Below, in pieces: positions 40,821 to 51,137 of a DNA stretch of 64,000 nt. The translations under genes and the position numbers were made by a program. The DNA is from Casimicrobiaceae bacterium (GTDB taxonomy: Bacteria > Pseudomonadota > Gammaproteobacteria > Burkholderiales > Casimicrobiaceae). The notes beneath the pieces were generated by a model that saw only the letters and a list, made by a program, of their open reading frames with translations, ran no database searches and was not told where the DNA came from. The DNA is taken from assembly GCA_041911995.1 (NCBI GenBank), contig JAYRNW010000216.1, positions 261-64,260 on the forward strand. Reading direction: 5' to 3'. Position 1 is the first letter of the stretch, and every line of letters begins with the position of its first letter.

Positions 40821-42071
40821 CTACTGCGACCGCTTCGCTGCATCGGCCGTCTGCTCCAGGATCCCCGCCGGCTCCGGCGCGCGCCGCCGCGCGAACCGCA
40901 CCAGCGATCGGTACCGGCCCACGTAGACGGCCGCGTACGCCAGCAGGCCCGCCCACAGTGCCGGCGTATTGTCGTGCCACAGGACGGCCAGCGCGAAGCA
41001 CAGCACGCCATGCAGCCACAGGCGCGGCGCCACGTAGGCGTTGGCGCGCTGGAGGCTGGCCTCGGGCGCGCGGCGATCCTGCCCGCGGCGCTCGTCCCGC
41101 CGGCGCTCGCCGAAGCGCGCCACGAACGACGGGTCCGCCGCCTGCCGGCGCTCGCCGCGGCGCCGGTCGCCGGCGCGGCGCTCGTCCTCGGCTCGCCGCA
41201 CCGCCGGCACGGCGACGCGGCGGAACATCAGCGTGTGCAGGTGCAGGCGGTCCGGCGCCATCACCGGCATCCGGCGCACGACGCCGCGCCGGTACATCGA
41301 GAACAGGGTGTCGACGATCGGATAGCCCGCAAGCATCACGACGTACCACGCCGAGATGCCGGAATTGCGCGCGACTAGCTGGATCGCAAGCTCGGCGTAC
41401 ATGAAGCCTATGAAATACGCGCCGGCGTCGCCCAGGAAGATCCTGCCGCGCGGGTAGTTCCAGCAGAGGAACCCGGCGACGGCGCCCATCATCGCCAGCG
41501 CCGGGGCGAGCGTCAGCGCGTCGCCCGACCACGCGGCCGCGAGCGCGAGGCCGGCGAACATGATGAACGCGGTGCCGCCGGCCAGGCCGTGCGCGCCGTC
41601 GACGAGATTGATCGCGTTGCACGCACCCGCGACCATGAACCACGTGAGCGCGAGCGCGATCCAGCGGTGCGCCAGCAGCGCGTCCACCCAGCCGACGTCG
41701 ACGCGCGGGACGACGCCGTCCGCGATCTGGCTCGCAATCGCGGCGGACGCGACCGCGGCGAGCAGCCGGTAGCGCGGCCGCACGCCGCGGACGACGTCCT
41801 CCATCGTGCCGACCAGCACGACCGGCACGGCGGCGAGGACGAGGGGCATGGACAGCCAGAGCGCCGCAGCGCCTGCGATCTTCGCGACCAGGGCGACCGC
41901 CACGAAGGCGGCGACGATGATCGCCCCGCCCAGGCGCGACGTCGGTGCGACGTGGAGCTTCTGGACCCCGCCGGCGGGACCGTCGTCGTCCGAGCGTGCC
42001 CGCATGGCCGCCGGCATCAGGATGCCGGCAAAGGCCGCAGATGCCAGCAGGGGCCACCACTCGAGACTCAT
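40821..42071 (-). CDS. WecA/MraY-family polyprenyl-phosphate HexNAc-1-P transferase with an Arg-rich insertion
   Basis: QKLH..PTSRLGG, NAINLVDG.HGL, WNYP..RIFLGDAGAY, PDRLHLH. Confidence 0.88.
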   Translation of the reverse strand: MSLEWWPLLASAAFAGILMPAAMRARSDDDGPAGGVQKLHVAPTSRLGGAIIVAAFVAVALVAKIAGAAALWLSMPLVLAAVPVVLVGTMEDVVRGVRPRYRLLAAVASAAIASQIADGVVPRVDVGWVDALLAHRWIALALTWFMVAGACNAINLVDGAHGLAGGTAFIMFAGLALAAAWSGDALTLAPALAMMGAVAGFLCWNYPRGRIFLGDAGAYFIGFMYAELAIQLVARNSGISAWYVVMLAGYPIVDTLFSMYRRGVVRRMPVMAPDRLHLHTLMFRRVAVPAVRRAEDERRAGDRRRGERRQAADPSFVARFGERRRDERRGQDRRAPEASLQRANAYVAPRLWLHGVLCFALAVLWHDNTPALWAGLLAYAAVYVGRYRSLVRFARRRAPEPAGILEQTADAAKRSQ

Positions 42072-42142
42072 GACAGCGTCGTGCAGGTGTCGATCAGGGG
42101 GCGGATGACGAAGACCATCGTTGGGCGAATCCCGATTCAGGC

Positions 42143-42158
42143 TGCAAGACACGTGCCA
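42143..42158 (-). promoter_or_regulatory. Sigma54 (RpoN) -24/-12 promoter for the wecA-pse glycan operon
   Basis: Minus strand TGGCAC-GTGTC-TTGCA matches TGGCACG-N4-TTGC, ~70 nt upstream of ATG 42071 in intergenic DNA. Confidence 0.75.
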
Positions 42159-42303
42159 CGCACCGCCTTCCGGCACGCCGTTGCCGCCCATGCGCGATCC
42201 GGACGCGCCGGCACCCGCTCCGGCCGGCCACGCGCGGCACGGGGCTCATTGTAATCGGAAGAGGGGCCGCCTCGCCGGGCGTGGCGCGGGGCCGGCCGGC
42301 CGC

Positions 42304-43506
42304 TCACCACGCCGTTTCCCGCTCCGCCGTCGCGCTGATCTTGTGGATCGTGAGGTCGGCGCCGTTGAACTCCTCTTCGGGATCGAGCCGCAGGCAGACG
42401 GTCGCCTTGAGCGTCCCGTAGACGATCGCGGCGCCGGTCACGGCGATCAGGATGCCGAGCGCCGTGCCCGCAAGCTGGGCGCCGAACGCGACGCCGCCCA
42501 ACCCTCCCAGCGCCTTCGCGCCGAAGATGCCGGCGGCGAGGCCGCCCCACGCGCCGCAGATGCCGTGCAGCGGCCACACGCCGAGCACGTCGTCGATCTT
42601 CCAGCGGTTCTGCGTCTGCGTGAACAGGAACACGAACAGCGCCCCGGCGACCAAGCCCGTGACCAGCGCGCCCAGCGGGTGCATGACGTCGGAGCCCGCG
42701 CAGACGGCCACCAGCCCGGCGAGCGGACCGTTGTGCACGAAGCCCGGGTCGTTGCGGCCGGCGACGAACGCCGCGAGCGTGCCGCCCGCCATCGCCAGCA
42801 GCGAGTTCATCGCGACCAGCCCCGAGATCTTGTCGAGCGTCTGCGCCGACATCACGTTGAACCCGAACCAGCCGACCGACAGCACCCACGCGCCCAGCGC
42901 GAGGAACGGGATCGACGACGGCGGGTGCGCGGAGACGCCACCCTCGCGCGAGTAGCGGCCGCGTCGCGCGCCGAGCAGCAGCACGGCGACGAGGCCGATC
43001 CAGCCGCCGAACGCGTGGACGACCACGCTGCCGGCGAAGTCGTGGAACTCCTCGCCGAACGCGGACTTGAACCAGCCCTGGATGCCGAAGTGCTGGTTCC
43101 ACGCGATGCCCTCGAAGAACGGGTACACGAAGCCGACCAGCAGGAACGTCGCCGCGAGCTGCGGATTGAACTTCGCGCGCTCGGCGATGCCGCCCGACAC
43201 GATCGCCGGGATCGCCGCGGCGAACGTGAGCAGGAAGAAGAACTTGACGAGCTCGTAGCCGCTCTTCGGCACCAGCGCCTCCGCGCCTGTGAAGAAGGTG
43301 ACGCCGTAGGCGATCGCATAGCCGACGAAGAAGTACGCGATCGTCGACACGGCGAAGTCGACGAGGATCTTGACCAGCGCGTTGACCTGGTTCTTCTTGC
43401 GGACCGTGCCGAGCTCGAGGAACGCGAAGCCGGCGTGCATCGCCAGCACCATGATCGCGCCCAGCAGGATGAACAGCGTGTCGCTCGCCGCTTTCAGCGT
43501 TTCCAT
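42304..43506 (-). CDS. amt: Ammonium transporter
   Basis: MHAGFAFLE.G.VRKKN, IVSGGIAER, DFAGS.VVH, GWFGFN, DDVLGVWPLHG. Confidence 0.95.
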   Translation of the reverse strand: METLKAASDTLFILLGAIMVLAMHAGFAFLELGTVRKKNQVNALVKILVDFAVSTIAYFFVGYAIAYGVTFFTGAEALVPKSGYELVKFFFLLTFAAAIPAIVSGGIAERAKFNPQLAATFLLVGFVYPFFEGIAWNQHFGIQGWFKSAFGEEFHDFAGSVVVHAFGGWIGLVAVLLLGARRGRYSREGGVSAHPPSSIPFLALGAWVLSVGWFGFNVMSAQTLDKISGLVAMNSLLAMAGGTLAAFVAGRNDPGFVHNGPLAGLVAVCAGSDVMHPLGALVTGLVAGALFVFLFTQTQNRWKIDDVLGVWPLHGICGAWGGLAAGIFGAKALGGLGGVAFGAQLAGTALGILIAVTGAAIVYGTLKATVCLRLDPEEEFNGADLTIHKISATAERETAW

Positions 43507-43567
43507 CGACTTCCCCCTCGTTGGCGAATGTCCGCCGCGCGGCCTCGATGGGCCCGCGCGGCGGTCG

Positions 43568-43594
43568 AAAAAAAGGGCCGCTCGCCGGCGGCCC
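43568..43594 (-). terminator. Rho-independent terminator after grxD
   Basis: Minus strand GGGCCGC-cggcga-GCGGCCC-TTTTTTT. Confidence 0.8.
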
Positions 43595-43625
43595 CCTTGA
43601 CCGTGCGCTGCGTCGCGGCCGCCCG

Positions 43626-43946
<321 letters not shown>

Positions 43947-44014
43947 GGCGGCCTCCGGCGATCGAAACCGCGTATTCTACGCCCGCGCGCGGCCGGCGGA
44001 CGGGGGCGCCGCCG

Positions 44015-44902
44015 CTACTCCTTGACGGCGCCCGTCAGCCCCGACACGTAGTACTCGACGAAGAACGAGTACAGGATCGCCACCGGCAGCGAGCCCAGCA
44101 GCGCGCCCGCCATCAGCGACCCCCAGTGGTAGACGTCGCCCTCGACCAGCTCGGTGACCACGGCCACCGGCACGGTCTTGACCTCCGACGACGACACGAA
44201 CGTCAGCGCGTAGATGAACTCGTTCCACGACAGCGTGAACGCGAAGATGCCGGCCGAGATGAGCCCGGGCACCGCCAGCGGCAGCACGATCTTCACCAGG
44301 ATCTGCAGCCGCGAGGCGCCGTCGATCAGCGCGCACTCCTCGAGCTCGTACGGGATCGACTTGAAGTAGCCCATCAGCAGCCACGTGCAGAACGGCACGA
44401 GGAACGTCGGGTACGTGAGGATCAGCGCGAGCCGCGTGTCGAAGAGCTGCAGCTGGTAGATGATCGTCGCGAGCGGGATGAACAGGATCGACGGCGGGAC
44501 GAGGTAGGCCAGGAAGATGCTCATGCCGACGTAGCGCGCGCCGCGGAAGCGCAGCCGCTCGATCGCGTAGGCGGCGAGCACGCTCGCCACCAGCGACAGG
44601 AACGTCGCGACCACGGCGACCAGCATCGTGTTCCACAGCCAGTCGGGATACGCGGTGTCGAACAGCAGCTTTTTCACGTGCGCGAGCGTCGGATTCTTCA
44701 CCCAGAACGGGTTGCCCTCGCGCGACAGCAGCTCCTCGTTGGGCTTGAACGTCGTGATCGCCATCCAGTAGAACGGGAACAGCAGCACGACCAGGAACGC
44801 GCCGAGCGGCACGTACAGCGTGACGATGCGCCGCGGCAGCGAGACGAGGTAGTCCATCCCCTGCGAGTCGACGGCGTCCGGGGCGGCGTTGCGCTCGCTC
44901 AC
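44015..44902 (-). CDS. Carbohydrate ABC transporter permease
   Basis: ELEECALIDGAS (EAA loop), SWNEF, GLTGAVKE; GTG start overlapping the upstream stop. Confidence 0.93.
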   Translation of the reverse strand: MSERNAAPDAVDSQGMDYLVSLPRRIVTLYVPLGAFLVVLLFPFYWMAITTFKPNEELLSREGNPFWVKNPTLAHVKKLLFDTAYPDWLWNTMLVAVVATFLSLVASVLAAYAIERLRFRGARYVGMSIFLAYLVPPSILFIPLATIIYQLQLFDTRLALILTYPTFLVPFCTWLLMGYFKSIPYELEECALIDGASRLQILVKIVLPLAVPGLISAGIFAFTLSWNEFIYALTFVSSSEVKTVPVAVVTELVEGDVYHWGSLMAGALLGSLPVAILYSFFVEYYVSGLTGAVKE

Positions 44903-45819
44903 TTGTCGGTGCCTCCCTGCTGCCACGCGCGCCGCTGCAGCCCGAAGTACGAGACGAGGATCGCCGCGAGCAGGAACGGCACCATCGCCGTCGCGATCGC
45001 CGCGCCCTCGCCCAGGCTGCCGCCGGGGATCGCGCGCTGGAACGACAGCGTCGCCATCAGGTGGGTCGCGTTGAGGGGCCCGCCGCGCGTCAGCACGTAG
45101 ATCAGCTGGAAGTCGGTGAACGTGAACAGCACCGAGAACGTCATGACGACGGCGATGATCGGCGTCAGCAGCGGCAGCGTCACGTAGCGGAACTGCTGCC
45201 AGTCGGACGCGCCGTCGAGGCTCGCCGCCTCGTAGTACGACGGCGAGATCGTCTGCAGGCCGGCCAGCAGGCAGATCGCGACGAACGGCACGCCGCGCCA
45301 GATGTTGGCGGCGATCGTCGAGAACCGCGCGAGCCACGGGTCGCCTAAGAAGTCGATGTAGCGGTCGATCAGCCCGGCCTTGACCAGCGCCCAGCTCACG
45401 ATCGAGAACTGCGCGTCGTAGATCCACCAGAACGCGATCGCCGACAGCGCGGTCGGGATGATGAACGGCAGCAGCACGATCGCGCGGAAGAACGCCTTGA
45501 ACGGCAGGTGCTTGTTCAGCAGCAGCGCGAGCCACAGGCCGAGCCCGAACTTGATCACGCTCGCGACCGCCGTATAGAACAGCGTGTTGAAGAGTGCGAG
45601 GCGCGTGACGTCGTCGCCCCAGAGGAAGCGGAAGTTGTCGAGGCCGACCCACTCGCCGGGACGGCCGATCTTGGCGTCGGTGAACCCGAGCCACGTGCCC
45701 AGCCCGAGCGGGTACGTGAGGAACAGCAGCAGCAGCAGCCCCGCCGGCACCATGAACAGCGCGCCGAGCAGGTGGCGGTTGTCGAGCGCGCGGGCGAGCG
45801 CGGAGGAATGCGCAGGCAT
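44899..45819 (-). CDS. Carbohydrate ABC transporter permease
   Basis: GLDNF, YEAASLDGAS, LTRGGP. Confidence 0.93.
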   Translation of the reverse strand: MPAHSSALARALDNRHLLGALFMVPAGLLLLLFLTYPLGLGTWLGFTDAKIGRPGEWVGLDNFRFLWGDDVTRLALFNTLFYTAVASVIKFGLGLWLALLLNKHLPFKAFFRAIVLLPFIIPTALSAIAFWWIYDAQFSIVSWALVKAGLIDRYIDFLGDPWLARFSTIAANIWRGVPFVAICLLAGLQTISPSYYEAASLDGASDWQQFRYVTLPLLTPIIAVVMTFSVLFTFTDFQLIYVLTRGGPLNATHLMATLSFQRAIPGGSLGEGAAIATAMVPFLLAAILVSYFGLQRRAWQQGGTDK

Positions 45820-45837
45820 GAAGAATCAAAGACCTCT

Positions 45838-45904
45838 CACAACGAGACGCCGAGGCGCCGAGAACTGCTCAACGGGATACTCTGCGTCCCGGCGTCTCTT
45901 TGTG
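45838..45904. repeat. Imperfect 25-bp inverted repeat (REP-like stem-loop)
   Basis: CACAACGAGACGCCGAGGCGCCGAG (45838-45862) pairs with the reverse complement of 45880-45904, CACAAAGAGACGCCGGGACGCAGAG. Confidence 0.65.
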
Positions 45905-45909
45905 GACGG

Positions 45910-47232
45910 TCAGACCTTGTAGTACCGCTCGGCCCGCTTCTGCGCGCGCTCGGCCGCTTCCTTCGGCGTCTTCGACCCGGACGCCGCCTCGGCGACCATG
46001 TTGACGACGATGAAGTCCGACAGCGCGCCGGCCGACGCGTAGCCCATCTTGCCCGCGTAGCCCGACGGGACCATGTTGACCATCGAGTTGCGGTACGGCG
46101 TGTGCTTCGGGTCGACCGTCCAGATCGGGTTCTTCTCGTAGTACCTGAGCGCCGGCGTCACGTAGCCGATGGCCGCCTGCACCCACGGGTCCATCTGCTC
46201 GGCCTCCATCATGAAGCGCAGGAACTCCTTGGCGGCCTTCGGGTACTTCGTGTACTTGAAGATCATCTGGTTGAAGAACAGCTGGAACTCGGTCGGCCGG
46301 CCGACCGGGCCGATCGGCATGTTCGCGTGGTTGATGTCCGCGGCCATCTCCTTGACCTTCGGATCCTGCGAGTTCTTCGCCGCGTAGTAGATCGAGATCC
46401 CGTTGTTGGTGAGCGAGATCTGGCCGTCGAGGAACGCCTTGTTGTTGTTGGGGTCGAGCCACGACAGCGTGCCGGGCACGAACGTGCCGTAGAGCTCGCG
46501 CACGTACTCCAGCGCCTTGATCGTCTCCGGGCTGTCGATGACGACCTTGTTGTTCGCGTCGACCAGCTTGCCGCCGAACGCCCACACGAGCCACTGGCAC
46601 CACGTGTTGCCGTCGCCGGTCGCGTTGCCGAGCGCGAAGCCCGGCGGCGTGCCCTTGTCCTTCAGCCCCTTGCAGAGCTTCAGGAAGCCGTCGGTGTCCT
46701 TCGGGAAGCTGTCGAAGCCGGCCGCCTTGATGTGGCTCTCGCGGTAGACCATGCACACGCCGGCCACGCCGAGCGGCACGCCGATCCACTTCTTGCCGTC
46801 CGGCTTGAGGTACGGGTCGCACACCGGGTACCAGCCGCCGTACTTCGCGCCCAGGTAGTTGCAGACGTCGGTGACGTCGACGAGCTTCTCGGGGTACAGG
46901 TTGGCGTCGTCGTTGGTCGACAGGATGATGTCCGGGCCCGCCCCGGTGTTGGCCGCCACGGCGGCCTTCGGGCGCACGTCCTCCCAGCCCTCGTTGTCGA
47001 CGCGCACCTCGACGCCGTACTTGTCCTGGAACGCCTTGACGTTGACCATGTACCGGTCGATGTCGCCCTGCACGAACCGGCTCCAGCGCAGCACGCGCAG
47101 CTTCGCGCCCTTCTCGGGCGTGTTGCTCCACTGCGCGTTCGCGTCCTTGACCCAGATGAACGGGCCGACCGTGGCCCCGGCGGCGACCGCCGCCGTCGAT
47201 TGCAGGAACTTGCGCCGCTTGAACTCGCTCAT
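45910..47232 (-). CDS. ABC transporter substrate-binding protein (Tat signal)
   Basis: KRRKFL twin-arginine signal; AANTGAGPDI; strongly biased codon usage. Confidence 0.92.
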   Translation of the reverse strand: MSEFKRRKFLQSTAAVAAGATVGPFIWVKDANAQWSNTPEKGAKLRVLRWSRFVQGDIDRYMVNVKAFQDKYGVEVRVDNEGWEDVRPKAAVAANTGAGPDIILSTNDDANLYPEKLVDVTDVCNYLGAKYGGWYPVCDPYLKPDGKKWIGVPLGVAGVCMVYRESHIKAAGFDSFPKDTDGFLKLCKGLKDKGTPPGFALGNATGDGNTWCQWLVWAFGGKLVDANNKVVIDSPETIKALEYVRELYGTFVPGTLSWLDPNNNKAFLDGQISLTNNGISIYYAAKNSQDPKVKEMAADINHANMPIGPVGRPTEFQLFFNQMIFKYTKYPKAAKEFLRFMMEAEQMDPWVQAAIGYVTPALRYYEKNPIWTVDPKHTPYRNSMVNMVPSGYAGKMGYASAGALSDFIVVNMVAEAASGSKTPKEAAERAQKRAERYYKV

Positions 47233-47292
47233 GGCTTCCTCCTCCGGTGGTGGACTTCGATTGCGCCTGCGGTCCGATGTCCGATCGGATCG

Positions 47293-48354
<1,062 letters not shown>

Positions 48355-48427
48355 CGTGCCTCCTCGCCCGTTGCGTGGTCCGCGGCGCGCGCCGGGCGGT
48401 GCCCGCGCCGCGTGAGGTGCGCGAACG

Positions 48428-49396
48428 TCAGGGCTTGCGCGTCCCGCGGACGACGACGTAGTCGGGCCGCCCGGTGGCGAGCCACGTGACGAGGTTCTGC
48501 GCCGCCTTCCGGCGCAGCTCCTTCTCCGCCTCCACCGAGAAGAACGCCGAGTGCGGCGTCAGGATCACCCGCGGATGGCCGAGCAGCGGCGAGTCGCGCG
48601 GCACCGGCTCCTCCGGCAGTACGTCGAGACCGGCGCCGGCCAGCGTGCCCGCGCCGAGCGCCGCCACGAGCGCCGGGACGTTCACGACGGCGCCGCGCGC
48701 GGTGTTCACGAGGTGCGCGCCGGGCTTCAGCGCGGCGAAGAACGCGGCGTCGATCATGCCGCGGGTCTCGGCGGTGAGTGGCGTGTGCAGCGACACGACG
48801 TCCGACTGCTGCGCCAGCGCGCCGAGCGTCGCGGCGCGCTCGACGTACGCCGGGAAGTCGCCGTCGATCAGGTACGGGTCGTACGCGACGACGCGCCGGA
48901 ACACGTTGCGCGACACGTGCGCCATCCGCTTGCCGATCCGGCCCAGCCCGACGATGCCGAGCGTGAGCTGCGACGGCCGCGCGAGCGGGCCCGACGACAT
49001 GAAGTGCCACGTGCCGGCCGCGATGTCGCGGTGGTACGCGACGATGTTGCGGATCGACGCCAGCGCCAGACCCAGCGCGTGCGTCGCGACCTCGCCCACG
49101 CCGTAGTCGGGCGAGTTGCCGACCCAGACGCCGGCCTTCTCGCAGGCGTCCGTGTCGACGGTGTCGTAGCCGGCGCCGATCCGGCTCACGATGCCGACCT
49201 CGGGCAGCGCGGCGAGCACCTTCGCGGTGATCGGCGCGTACTGCAGCAGGATCGCGCAGCAGCCCTTCGCGTGCGCGATGACGTCGTCCTCGGTCCGGCA
49301 CTGCGCGACGACGACGTCGATGCCGGCGGCGGCGAACAGCGCGCGCTCGAGGTCGACGTCCGTGTAGTCGTTGTCGGCGTAGAGGATCCTGGGCAT
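48428..49396 (-). CDS. D-isomer 2-hydroxyacid dehydrogenase (CtBP-like)
   Basis: GLGRIG, SLHTPL, VNTARG, GLDV..EEP, TPH.AF. Confidence 0.92.
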   Translation of the reverse strand: MPRILYADNDYTDVDLERALFAAAGIDVVVAQCRTEDDVIAHAKGCCAILLQYAPITAKVLAALPEVGIVSRIGAGYDTVDTDACEKAGVWVGNSPDYGVGEVATHALGLALASIRNIVAYHRDIAAGTWHFMSSGPLARPSQLTLGIVGLGRIGKRMAHVSRNVFRRVVAYDPYLIDGDFPAYVERAATLGALAQQSDVVSLHTPLTAETRGMIDAAFFAALKPGAHLVNTARGAVVNVPALVAALGAGTLAGAGLDVLPEEPVPRDSPLLGHPRVILTPHSAFFSVEAEKELRRKAAQNLVTWLATGRPDYVVVRGTRKP

Positions 49397-49560
49397 GGGA
49401 ACGGAAACGGGGCGATGACGGGAGGGCGGCGGCGACGGCGGGGCAAGGGTACGGGCGAACGCGCGCGGCGGTCAAGTGGCCAGACCGGTTGCGCGGCGCC
49501 CGCCACTCGCGGCCTTTCCCCACCACTATAATCGCGCGTCCCCTCGCCCGGTACAACGCC

Positions 49561-50592
49561 ATGACGACGCTGCTGCAGACCACGATCGCCGGTAGCCTGC
49601 CCAAGCCCGCGTGGCTCGCCGAACCCGGCGCGCTGTGGGCGCCGTGGAAGCTCGACGGCGACGCGCTCGCGCAGGGCAAGCAGGACGCCGTACGCCTCGC
49701 GCTGTTCGACCAGGAGCACGCCGGCATCGACATCGTCACCGACGGCGAGCAGACGCGGCGGCACTTCGTCACCACGTTCATCGAGGGGCTCGACGGCGTG
49801 GACTTCGCGCTCAAGCGGACCGTGCGCATCCGCAACCGCTACGACGCCGACGTGCCGGTCGTCGTCGGGCCGGTCGCGCGGCGGCACCCGATCTACGTCG
49901 ACGACGCCCGCTTCGTCCGGGGACAGACGCAGCGCAAGGTCAAGTACACGCTGCCCGGCCCGATGACGATGGTCGACACGCTCTACGACGCGCACTACCG
50001 GAGCCGCGAGAAACTCGCGTGGGCGTTCGCCGAGATCCTGAACGAGGAGGCGCGCGCGATCGCCGCCGCCGGCGTGGACGTGATCCAGTTCGACGAGCCG
50101 GCGTTCAACGTCTACTTCGACGAGGTGCGCGACTGGGGCGTGGCGGCGCTCGAGCGGGCGGCGCAGGGGCTCGCCTGCACGACGGCCGTCCACATCTGCT
50201 ACGGCTACGGGATCAAGGCCAACATCGAGTGGAAGAAGACGCTGGGCTCCGAGTGGCGGCAGTACGAGCAGACGTTCCCGCTGCTCGCGGGCTCGAAGAT
50301 CGGCCAGGTGTCGCTCGAATGCGCGAACTCGCACGTGCCTCTGGAGCTCATGCGGCTGCTGGCCGGCAAGGACGTGCTGGTCGGCGCGATCGACGTGGCG
50401 ACCGACCGGGTCGAGACGCCCGAGGACGTCGCGGCGACGCTGCGCGCCGCGCTCGCATACGTGCCCGCCGAGCGGATGTACCCGTGCACGAACTGCGGGA
50501 TGGTCCCGCTCGCCCGCGACGTGGCCCGGGGCAAGCTCCGGGCGCTCGCCGCCGGGGCGGCGCTGGTCCGCCGGGAGCTCGCGGGGGTCTGA
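49561..50592 (+). CDS. mesD: Single-domain cobalamin-independent methionine synthase (MesD-like)
   Basis: AGSLPKP.WLA, DGEQTR.HFVTTFIE, HICYGYGIKAN, NCGM; close to my recollection of proteobacterial MesD. Confidence 0.8.
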   Translation: MTTLLQTTIAGSLPKPAWLAEPGALWAPWKLDGDALAQGKQDAVRLALFDQEHAGIDIVTDGEQTRRHFVTTFIEGLDGVDFALKRTVRIRNRYDADVPVVVGPVARRHPIYVDDARFVRGQTQRKVKYTLPGPMTMVDTLYDAHYRSREKLAWAFAEILNEEARAIAAAGVDVIQFDEPAFNVYFDEVRDWGVAALERAAQGLACTTAVHICYGYGIKANIEWKKTLGSEWRQYEQTFPLLAGSKIGQVSLECANSHVPLELMRLLAGKDVLVGAIDVATDRVETPEDVAATLRAALAYVPAERMYPCTNCGMVPLARDVARGKLRALAAGAALVRRELAGV

Positions 50593-50658
50593 GCCGGGGG
50601 CCGGAACGCCCCCGGACGGGGCCCCGGCCGGCAATTCCCCACCAACGTACTAGGGTAT

Positions 50659-50686
50659 TTGCAAACCGGCCGGATTCGCGTATGCT
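50659..50686 (+). promoter_or_regulatory. Sigma70-like promoter for csp, followed by a long AT-rich 5' UTR
   Basis: TTGCAA-N16-TATGCT about 150 nt upstream of the csp ATG; long leaders are typical of csp genes. Confidence 0.5.
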
Positions 50687-50833
50687 CCCAAAGGTGTTTT
50701 GTTTCAAGTACTAGAGCACGCCAAAGCCCGGCACGAGCTTCCGCCGCGGTCCCGTACTTTTCTGTCCTTGAGAATGAAACATGGGGCGGGCATCCGCCCG
50801 CCGATTATTTTTTATCTTGAGGAAATACGGAAA

Positions 50834-51037
50834 ATGGCAACTGGCACCGTGAAGTGGTTCAATGACGCGAAGGGTTTCGGGTTCATCACGCCGGACGGCG
50901 GCGGCGAAGATCTGTTCGCGCATTTCTCGGCAATCAACATGCCCGGCTTCAAGACGCTGAAGGAAGGCCAGAAGGTCTCCTTCGAAGTCACGCAGGGCCC
51001 GAAGGGCAAGCAGGCGAGCAACATCCAGGCGGTCTAG
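50834..51037 (+). CDS. Cold-shock protein (CspA family)
   Basis: [34 protein letters not shown]. Confidence 0.97.
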   Translation: MATGTVKWFNDAKGFGFITPDGGGEDLFAHFSAINMPGFKTLKEGQKVSFEVTQGPKGKQASNIQAV

Positions 51038-51059
51038 CCTTCGCTGCCGCTTCGGTGTG

Positions 51060-51088
51060 AAAAAAGCCGGGGACCTCCCCGGCTTTTT
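51060..51088. terminator. Bidirectional intrinsic terminator between csp and gdh
   Basis: AAAAAA-GCCGGGG-acct-CCCCGGC-TTTTT. Confidence 0.9.
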
Positions 51089-51137
51089 CTTCGGGTGCTG
51101 CCGGTCGCGTGGCGCGACCCTCCTCGGCGCGGCCCCG

